DNA of 64,000 bases from Treponema sp. (lineage in GTDB: Bacteria > Spirochaetota > Spirochaetia > Treponematales > Treponemataceae): positions 169 to 64,168 of the forward strand of contig JAKSTM010000009.1 in the NCBI GenBank assembly GCA_024402565.1. The letters run 5' to 3'. The position numbers and the translations under genes were made by a program. Position 1 is the stretch's first letter. Every line of letters starts with the position of its first letter. The notes under the pieces are model-generated. The model saw only the letters and a program-made list of their open reading frames with translations. It had not been told where the DNA came from and searched no databases. Of this stretch, positions 1 through 6,802 are shown in pieces.

Positions 1-22
1 AAAATGCCATGGACGGCATTTT
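1..22. repeat. REP-like palindrome AAAATGCCATGGACGGCATTTT (may be cut by the window edge)
   Basis: 8-bp inverted arms AAAATGCC/GGCATTTT around ATGGAC. Confidence 0.55.
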
Positions 23-55
23 TGCGTCGCGCTCCAAAACTTGCTGATTTCTAAT

Positions 56-178
56 CAATGCATAATGCATAATTCACAATGCATAATATAAAAGAGGGCT
101 GTCTTAAAAGTTTATTAAATGAAACTTTTAGGCAGCCTTTTTTTCAATTCTCAATTGTCCATTCTCAATTTTCAATTA
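56..178. repeat. Composite element: heptamer tandem repeats on both sides of a long hairpin/terminator
   Basis: 56-90 CAATGCA TAATGCA TAATTCA CAATGCA TAATATA; hairpin GGCTGTCTTAAAAGTTT (97-113) / AAACTTTTAGGCAGCC (122-137) followed by a T run; 144-178 TCAATTC TCAATTG TCCATTC TCAATTT TCAATTA. Confidence 0.75.
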
Positions 179-184
179 ATCTCA

Positions 185-275
185 GCAGGCGTTGCGGACG
201 GCGTTTGACTCCGCAGAGGGGGTAGCGGAAAACCAGGGCGCAGCCATGGGTTGAAGCGAGGGGGAGACTTCCCCC
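185..275. repeat. GC-rich multi-hairpin intergenic element (REP-like)
   Basis: GC-rich island in AT-rich DNA with stems GCGGA..TCCGC, GGC-GCA-GCC and GGGGGAG..CTTCCCC. Confidence 0.5.
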
Positions 276-282
276 ACCCTAA

Positions 283-311
283 TTGAAACTCCCTTCCTAT
301 AATGGTAAAAT
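283..311 (+). promoter_or_regulatory. Sigma70-type promoter of the IscU-like/GGGtGRT operon
   Basis: TTGAAA (283-288), 17 bp spacer, TAAAAT (306-311) with extended TG; SD AGGAG before ATG 353. Confidence 0.6.
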
Positions 312-352
312 AACGCCAAATAAAATTTAAATTAATTTTATAGGAGCATAAA

Positions 353-1054
353 ATGATCTACACAGCAGAAGTAGAACATATGTGTCCTTTGGCTAAAGGC
401 GCATATCATGGACCTGCACCAATTCCTGAGGAAGGAAAATGGGTTCAGGTTAAAAAGATTGAAGATGTTTCTGGTTTCACACACGGTATCGGTTGGTGTG
501 CACCACAGCAGGGAGCATGTAAACTTTCTTTGAACGTTAAAGACGGTATCATCGAAGAAGCTCTCGTTGAAACAATTGGTTGTTCAGGTATGACACACTC
601 AGCAGCTATGGCTTCAGAAATCCTTATCGGAAAAACTCTTCTTGAAGCTCTGAACACTGACCTTGTTTGTGACGCTATCAACACAGCTATGCGCGAACTC
701 TTTATGCAGATTGTTTACGGTCGTACACAGTCAGCTTACTCAGAAGGCGGTCTTAAAGTTGGTGCTTCTCTGGAAGACCTCGGAAAGAACCTCCGCTCAC
801 AGGTTGGTACTATGTTTGCTACACGCAAAACTGGTCCTCGCTACCTGGAAATGACAGAAGGATACGTTGAAACATGTGCTGTTGATAAAGACGGACAGAT
901 CATCGGTTACAACTGTATCAACTTCGGTAAACTTATGGATGCTCTTAAAGCTGGAAAACCAGCTGAAGAAGCTATCGCTGGTGCACGCACACACTATGGT
1001 CGTGTAACAGAAGATCAGGGTATGGTAAAACTTATCGACCCACGTAAAGAATAG
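353..1054 (+). CDS. IscU/NifU-N-like Fe-S cluster scaffold-family protein
   Basis: Cys motifs GWCAPQQGAC, ETIGCSGMTHS, LVCDA; SD AGGAG; strongly biased codon usage. Confidence 0.8.
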   Translation: MIYTAEVEHMCPLAKGAYHGPAPIPEEGKWVQVKKIEDVSGFTHGIGWCAPQQGACKLSLNVKDGIIEEALVETIGCSGMTHSAAMASEILIGKTLLEALNTDLVCDAINTAMRELFMQIVYGRTQSAYSEGGLKVGASLEDLGKNLRSQVGTMFATRKTGPRYLEMTEGYVETCAVDKDGQIIGYNCINFGKLMDALKAGKPAEEAIAGARTHYGRVTEDQGMVKLIDPRKE

Positions 1055-1073
1055 GACTTGGAGGAATATAGAT

Positions 1074-2111
1074 ATGGCATTATTTGAAGATTACGCTGGA
1101 CGTATCCCACAGGTTAATAAAGCACTTAAAGAATACGGTTTCGCTGAAGGCGAAGAAGGACTCAACGCAGCCCGCAAACTTTGTCAGGACCGCGGTTTTG
1201 ACCCATATGAAATCTGTCAGTCAACACAGCAGATTTGTTTCGAAGACGCAAAATGGGCATATGTTCTTGGTTCTGCTATCGCTATTAAAGAAGCTGAAAA
1301 AACAGGAGACAAAACTGGTTCAACAGCTGCTGCAAATATCGGTAAAGGACTTCAGGCATTCTGTCTGCCAGGTTCAGTAGCTGATGACCGCAAAGTAGGT
1401 CTCGGACACGGAAACCTTGGTGCACGTCTTCTTTCTGAAGAAACACAGTGTTTCGCATTCCTGGCAGGTCACGAATCTTTCGCTGCTGCTGAAGGTGCTA
1501 TCAAAATCGCTGCTAACGCTAACAAAGTTCGCAAGAACAAGCTCCGCGTTATCCTGAACGGTCTTGGAAAAGACGCAGCTCAGATCATCTCTCGTATCAA
1601 CGGCTTTACATATGTTCAGACACAGTTCGACTACTTCAACGGTGAAGGAACAGACAAAGCTCTTACAGTTGTAAAAGAAGTTCCATACGGATCAAACCCT
1701 GACCGCCTTATCGTTAAGTGCTACGGTGCTGACGATGTTCGCGAAGGTGTTGCAATCATGTGGCACGAAGATGTAGATGTTTCTATCACAGGTAACTCAA
1801 CAAACCCAACACGTTTCCAGCACCCAGTTGCCGGAACATACAAAAAGGAAAGACTCCTTGCTGGTAAAAAATACTTCTCTGTAGCATCTGGTGGTGGTAC
1901 AGGTCGTACACTGCACCCAGATAACATGGCTGCAGGTCCAGCTTCATACGGTTTCACAGATACTCTTGGTCGTATGCACTCTGACGCTCAGTTCGCAGGT
2001 TCTTCATCAGTTCCAGCTCACGTTGAAATGATGGGATTCATGGGAATGGGTAACAACCCTATGGTTGGTTGTACTGTTGCTTGTGCAGTAGCTGTAGCTG
2101 GAAGCTTCTAA
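1074..2111 (+). CDS. GGGtGRT family protein (function unknown)
   Basis: Signature SVASGGGTGRTLHPDNM; SD GGAGG; follows its usual IscU-like partner. Confidence 0.9.
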   Translation: MALFEDYAGRIPQVNKALKEYGFAEGEEGLNAARKLCQDRGFDPYEICQSTQQICFEDAKWAYVLGSAIAIKEAEKTGDKTGSTAAANIGKGLQAFCLPGSVADDRKVGLGHGNLGARLLSEETQCFAFLAGHESFAAAEGAIKIAANANKVRKNKLRVILNGLGKDAAQIISRINGFTYVQTQFDYFNGEGTDKALTVVKEVPYGSNPDRLIVKCYGADDVREGVAIMWHEDVDVSITGNSTNPTRFQHPVAGTYKKERLLAGKKYFSVASGGGTGRTLHPDNMAAGPASYGFTDTLGRMHSDAQFAGSSSVPAHVEMMGFMGMGNNPMVGCTVACAVAVAGSF

Positions 2112-2121
2112 AATAAACCTC

Positions 2122-2146
2122 GGTGGTTGAGCTTGTCGAAACCACC
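2122..2146. repeat. REP-like hairpin (TGAGCTTGTCGAA core family)
   Basis: GGTGGTT-GAGCTTGTCGA-AACCACC; the same core recurs at 21383, 21626 and 53370. Confidence 0.75.
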
Positions 2147-2162
2147 AAAAGTTTAGTTAAAT

Positions 2163-2192
2163 GCCTGCTCAAAAGAGCAGGCGTTTTTGTTT
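2163..2192 (+). terminator. Rho-independent terminator of the IscU-like/GGGtGRT operon
   Basis: GCCTGCTC-AAAA-GAGCAGGC followed by GTTTTTGTTT. Confidence 0.85.
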
Positions 2193-2297
2193 AACAAAAT
2201 GGTCCCTGTGCTGGCGGGCTTCACCACACCCCTTTCTTCAGGGCTCCGCCCCGAACCCCACTTTTCCCTGCCACAAAATGTAAAAACCCCTTGAAAA

Positions 2298-2654
2298 GTT
2301 ATAAATTCGGGGCTTTTTGGGATTTATAGCTAAATCCCAGGCACTGCCTGGTCCCAAACACCTGAAAAAGCTATAAATCCAGGGAAATCCTGAAATTTAT
2401 AGCCAGACAGCAGGATTTTCCCTACCTCCAACCCCTTAATTCTCCCCCAAAAGCTATAAACCAGATCAAAATCTCAGATTTATAGCCGAAGCACAACACA
2501 TACTGCGACCCAAGGTAAGTTTTCTGTAAGAATTAAACTATAAATCGCGGGAAAGCTTCATTTTTATAGCTTTTCACCCACAATCCCCGCGTCCCGGCCG
2601 ACTGCATCACTCAAAATCGGCTATAAATCCGCCCCGAACCCCAATATTTATAGT
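2298..2654. repeat. Periodic array of five 33-35 bp units with conserved inverted ends (GCTATAAAT-variable core-ATTTATAGC)
   Basis: Units at 2298-2330, 2370-2403, 2453-2486, 2537-2570 and 2620-2654; start spacings 72, 83, 84, 83 bp; cores and spacers are not conserved. Confidence 0.85.
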
Positions 2655-2709
2655 TTTTTCATAATTTTCCCTCATTGACGCAAAAACCATTATCCAAAAT
2701 AATATGCCC

Positions 2710-5013
2710 ATGATTAAAGTTAAACGTTTTACCAAAATCGCGGCAACGGCACTTTTACTCGCTTCGTGCAGCTCGGCTCCACCAGGCGTCCCCTCTCCTT
2801 TGCCACAGGAAAAAGGTTCTCTAAAAGCCACTACCGCCCCTACCGGTAAAAACACTAAACCAGAAAATAAGGAAAATAACATGGATGCAATCAATATAAA
2901 AAACAACGATTACCGCTACGACAATTTCGCTAACGGCAAGGTTCTTCCTTTCATGGAAGGCAAGAAAAAAGGACTTCCTGCCATGGGCTGGAACAGCTGG
3001 AACGCCTTTGGAAGCGCAAATACAGAAGAACTTACAAAAATCATGGCCGACAAATTCATTGAACTTGGCCTTGATAAACTTGGTTACAAATACATTATAC
3101 TGGATGACGGTTGCTACAAACCTGCCCGTGTTGACGGAAAACTTTCAAACGAACCTGTAAAATTTCCTTCAGGTTTCAAAAGCCTTTCTGACTATGTCCA
3201 CGCGAAAGGATTGAAGTTCGGAATGTACAATGACATCGGGACAAATCTTTGCGCAGGCGCCGCAGTTGGAACCTGCGGTCACGAAGATGTAGATGCTGCA
3301 TCCTATATGGAATGGGGCGTAGATTTTCTTAAAGTCGATAACTGCTATTACCTTTGGGACAACGCCACTTTCAGCGATGCCAAAAACGCACGTTACGTCT
3401 ACGCCCCGAATATCCGCGGAATCAAAATTGAAGGCGCAGGACTTCCCGGAAGCGGGAAAGGACGCCCTGGCAGTGTTGAACTTTCATCACTGAAAAATGG
3501 AAAAATCACAGGAAACGGACCGCGCCTTGAAGGCGATTTTGTTACAAACATCGGGACTTTTGACGGAACAGGGCCGGAACAGACTCCTGTAGGTATGGAA
3601 AGCGGTGAGCTCCACTTTGAAGTAGAAGTTCCGGCTGGCGGCGAATATAAGCTTTACGTTAATTACGCCTCTGGGGAAGAACCAGGCTGCGGGCAGTGGC
3701 TTCAGGTGGCAGTAGACGGATATGACAGTCTCTTCTTTGACGCATTCCTTCCTGTAACAGAAAGCAAAGCCGATTTCACAGAATCAGATGCCATCATCAT
3801 CACGCTGAAAGAAGGCAAAAACGTAATCCGCCTTATGAACCACCGCCGTCAGGAAAACACACTTTCTTCTTACGCAAAACTGCTTGAAGAAATCAACAAA
3901 ATCAAGCCAGATAACGACCTTGTTTTCAGTACCTGTGAATGGGGAAAAACTCAGCCACAGAACTGGGCTTACAAAGTTGCAAACTCGTGGCGCATCTTAA
4001 ACGACATAACTTTCCAGGTCGGAGCACCAGGAAACCCGGGGAAAGGTGCATGGGTAGACGGCTACACTCCAAGCGTTACCTCCCAGTACAACAAAGCCGT
4101 AATCATGGACGAATTTGCAGGGCTTAATAAAGGTTGGAACGATCCTGACATGCTTATGATCGGCATGGACGGCCTTACTCCGGAAATGAACCGCACCCAC
4201 TTTGCAATGTGGTGTATGATGAACTCACCTCTCATGCTTGGTATGGACCTGCGCCGTGTTCAGAAAGGCGACTGGATGTACAATATCATTACAAATGAAC
4301 GCCTCATCAATCTGAATCAGGATATTCTTGGTGTACAGGCAAAACGAATCAAAGCCCTTTATAAGAAAGGTGCAGGCTTGGTAAAAGTTGAAAAACCTGC
4401 AACAGCCTACAGCCGCAATAACGACCGCCTGGACATTCTTGCAAAGCCACTTTACGATGGAAGCATTGCAGTATCTTTCATCAATTTAAGCCAGACAGAA
4501 ACCTACGAAAACCTGAAAGTCAGTATGAAAGAAATCATGAATGCCATCGGGCACAAAATGCCTGTCCGCCCTGACTACGTAAACGCACAGAAAATAACAG
4601 TCGAAAATCTTTGGACAGGTGAAATATCAGAAATCTGCTGGACAAACGAGGATGCTGCTACAGGTATCCGTCTTTCATCAGGAGTCCTTGCACCATGTGA
4701 CAATCTGACTTTACGTATAAACATTTCAGAACCAATGGAACGACGACACCTGGCTGCCTCTATCCACAATTACCTTTTGAACACATTACAGGAAAAAGAC
4801 GAAGAAAACTGGGATGACGCAAAAAAACTGAAGGATCTGTATGACTGCCATGCTTGTGTAATTCATATTGCCCAGGTCTATGTAAAAGGAATTATGGACA
4901 GTTCCGAAGATGATGATGAACTTTTTGGGGTAAGAGTTCCCGTTTCTGAAGAGGAAATCCGTGAAACCGTGTCAAAAGTTTTAGATCCTGCTAAACGCCA
5001 AAAAAGGATTTAA
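2710..5013 (+). CDS. GH27 alpha-galactosidase, predicted lipoprotein, with an inserted CBM-like domain
   Basis: PAMGWNSWN, ILDDGCY, FLKVDNC, FSTCEWG, WNDPDML; lipobox LLLASC; start at 2710 or 2704, with an internal SD+ATG at 2881. Confidence 0.9.
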   Translation: MIKVKRFTKIAATALLLASCSSAPPGVPSPLPQEKGSLKATTAPTGKNTKPENKENNMDAINIKNNDYRYDNFANGKVLPFMEGKKKGLPAMGWNSWNAFGSANTEELTKIMADKFIELGLDKLGYKYIILDDGCYKPARVDGKLSNEPVKFPSGFKSLSDYVHAKGLKFGMYNDIGTNLCAGAAVGTCGHEDVDAASYMEWGVDFLKVDNCYYLWDNATFSDAKNARYVYAPNIRGIKIEGAGLPGSGKGRPGSVELSSLKNGKITGNGPRLEGDFVTNIGTFDGTGPEQTPVGMESGELHFEVEVPAGGEYKLYVNYASGEEPGCGQWLQVAVDGYDSLFFDAFLPVTESKADFTESDAIIITLKEGKNVIRLMNHRRQENTLSSYAKLLEEINKIKPDNDLVFSTCEWGKTQPQNWAYKVANSWRILNDITFQVGAPGNPGKGAWVDGYTPSVTSQYNKAVIMDEFAGLNKGWNDPDMLMIGMDGLTPEMNRTHFAMWCMMNSPLMLGMDLRRVQKGDWMYNIITNERLINLNQDILGVQAKRIKALYKKGAGLVKVEKPATAYSRNNDRLDILAKPLYDGSIAVSFINLSQTETYENLKVSMKEIMNAIGHKMPVRPDYVNAQKITVENLWTGEISEICWTNEDAATGIRLSSGVLAPCDNLTLRINISEPMERRHLAASIHNYLLNTLQEKDEENWDDAKKLKDLYDCHACVIHIAQVYVKGIMDSSEDDDELFGVRVPVSEEEIRETVSKVLDPAKRQKRI

Positions 5014-5091
5014 TTCCTTTTTTGTTTCTTTTTTTTGAGCTATAATCCATATGTAGATGAGAGTTTTACTTTTCTTTCATATGGATTGTAA

Positions 5092-6327
5092 ATGAAAAAG
5101 AACCGTTTTACTAAATTCCTTCAGAATATCTGGCTTACTTACTCAAACTATCTGCGGAATACTCTTTTTGAAGGCGCAGCAGCTTTGTCTTTTGGTTTTG
5201 TTTTCTCTTTTATTCCTATCATTCTTATTGCACTTGGAATTGCCAGCGGAACCCTTGCAAAATATCCGGAAGTAACAAATTATCTACTGGATTTATGCTC
5301 CGACTTCAATACTGTATATGATATCAGACCATTAATCAAAAACTTTTCCCAACGACAGGCTTTTTCGGTTTTTGACATTATCCTTTATATCTGGGTTATC
5401 TGGATTGCTAGAAAATTCTTCCTTTCAATGGCCAGAAACATTTCAAGAATCTTTCATTCTGAAACGCCACAAAAAGGTTATGTTATTCAACTTATGACCT
5501 TCATCGGGGAATTCGCCCTCATCATTGGGCTCATAGCAATTGTTGTCGCTTCATTTCTTTTAAACCGTTTCTTTACTCTTCAGTCATTTGATTCTCTAAG
5601 CGAAACTTTTCCTCTGTTATTCAGCCATTTTATGTCTCGTTTGTCTTCTATCATTTTTTATTCAGTTATTTTTCTTTTTTCGCTTCTTATTTTCCGTTTT
5701 GAATCGAGAACTGCTCCTTCATTTGCCTCCTGCCTATGGAATGCCGCTTTATTAACAGTTTCATTTCTGGTTGTTTCAGCCTTCATAAATAAATTCACAA
5801 ATTTCTCAAACTATACACTTATCTATGGAGCAATCAGTTCTGTAATCATTCTTATGGTAAAGGTCTACATGTTCTTTATTTTATTCCTGTTTTTTGCAGA
5901 AAAAGTTTATGTGACACAAAACCTGGATACTCTTTTATTCTGTGAGATGTATATGCTTCCACCTCCTGATTCAAAAAAAATAATAGACAAAATAAAACGA
6001 CAGCTCTTTATTAATCCTTCTGTTCTTCAGGATGAAGAAAATACTTTATTCTTGAAAAAAGGCGATATTCTTTACTCTACTGAAGATACTTCTGATTCTG
6101 TTTATTTCATAAAAAAGGGCAGTATCATTGAAGAATTTGAAAATGAAGAAAAACTTTATGAAAAAGGAATGTTCTTCGGTGAAAAATCAGCAATGCTGAA
6201 ACGTCCACGTAAAGGAACCACTAATGCAGCCACAGATTCAGAAATCATCAAAATTGATGCAGAAACTTTCCGCTCCCTTCTTATAAAAAATCCTCGAGCG
6301 TCGGCTTTTGCAATGGGAAAACTGTAA
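5092..6327 (+). CDS. YihY/BrkB family membrane protein fused to a C-terminal cNMP-binding domain
   Basis: GAAALSFGFVFSFIP and NYTLIYGAISSVIIL (YihY); LKKGDILY...VYFIKKG...FFGEKS..RPR (cNMP domain). Confidence 0.85.
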   Translation: MKKNRFTKFLQNIWLTYSNYLRNTLFEGAAALSFGFVFSFIPIILIALGIASGTLAKYPEVTNYLLDLCSDFNTVYDIRPLIKNFSQRQAFSVFDIILYIWVIWIARKFFLSMARNISRIFHSETPQKGYVIQLMTFIGEFALIIGLIAIVVASFLLNRFFTLQSFDSLSETFPLLFSHFMSRLSSIIFYSVIFLFSLLIFRFESRTAPSFASCLWNAALLTVSFLVVSAFINKFTNFSNYTLIYGAISSVIILMVKVYMFFILFLFFAEKVYVTQNLDTLLFCEMYMLPPPDSKKIIDKIKRQLFINPSVLQDEENTLFLKKGDILYSTEDTSDSVYFIKKGSIIEEFENEEKLYEKGMFFGEKSAMLKRPRKGTTNAATDSEIIKIDAETFRSLLIKNPRASAFAMGKL

Positions 6328-6351
6328 CTTCTAGAAGTTTCCTTATTTCCT

Positions 6352-6390
6352 AAAAAAAAGCCTTTTCATTTTTATATGAAAAGGCTTTTT
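6352..6390. terminator. Bidirectional terminator between convergent genes
   Basis: A run, AGCCTTTTCAT, loop, ATGAAAAGGCT, T run. Confidence 0.8.
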
Positions 6391-6403
6391 AGTTATTGTA
6401 CGA

Positions 6404-6444
6404 TTTACGTATCTTTTACGTATCTTTTACGTATCTTTTACGTA
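6404..6444. repeat. 11-bp tandem repeat (TTTACGTATCT) x3.7
   Basis: Perfect copies at 6404, 6415 and 6426; partial copy at 6437. Confidence 0.9.
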
Positions 6445-6452
6445 CAAACCCA

Positions 6453-6701
6453 TTATTTATCAGATTCTTTAAAAGTTACATTATTGTAGATTTTTGCATC
6501 TGATGCAGGTTTGTTGAAAACGCTCAAACGTTTTGCAGAAAGGATTTTCCAATATTCATCGCTATCAAAAGCAACAAAATTTCCTTCTTTTGCTTTTCCT
6601 TCTGTGAATGCGCGTTTTGGAACTTCTGCCCAAATTACAGTTGTTTCATTGTTGCGTTTAATTTCGAATTTAACGAGACGTGCCTCTTTTCTAGTACTCA
6701 T
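6453..6701 (-). CDS. Small basic hypothetical protein (82 aa)
   Basis: SD AAGGAG, upstream extended -10 TGTTATACT, own terminator, host-like codon usage. Confidence 0.75.
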   Translation of the reverse strand: MSTRKEARLVKFEIKRNNETTVIWAEVPKRAFTEGKAKEGNFVAFDSDEYWKILSAKRLSVFNKPASDAKIYNNVTFKESDK

Positions 6702-6802
6702 TTTAGTGTCTCCTTTTATTTTGATTTTAGATTGACTTCCGTCTTTCTATACTTTAAGTATAACATGGAATATCTAAATTCTCCAAAAAAATTCGTATTT
6801 TT

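Noticed and set aside
185-275. Riboswitch or tRNA upstream of the IscU-like gene
   Set aside because: It lies upstream of the predicted promoter and shows no cloverleaf or recognisable aptamer consensus; treated as a REP-like repeat pending an Rfam scan.
2298-2654. CRISPR array interpretation of the periodic units
   Set aside because: Unit interiors differ, polarity flips mid-array and no cas gene is in the window; kept as an unexplained array.
2298-2654. Integron attC cassette array
   Set aside because: No consistent RYYYAAC/GTTRRRY ends, no ORFs between units and no integrase.
2607-2906. 99-aa minus-strand ORF
   Set aside because: Antisense shadow of the GH27 leader and promoter, with no SD or recognisable motif.
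3433-3467. GC-rich hairpin inside GH27 (encodes GAGLPGSGKGRP) as another REP insertion
   Set aside because: No second copy in the window; it cannot be told apart from an ordinary Gly/Pro loop without orthologues.
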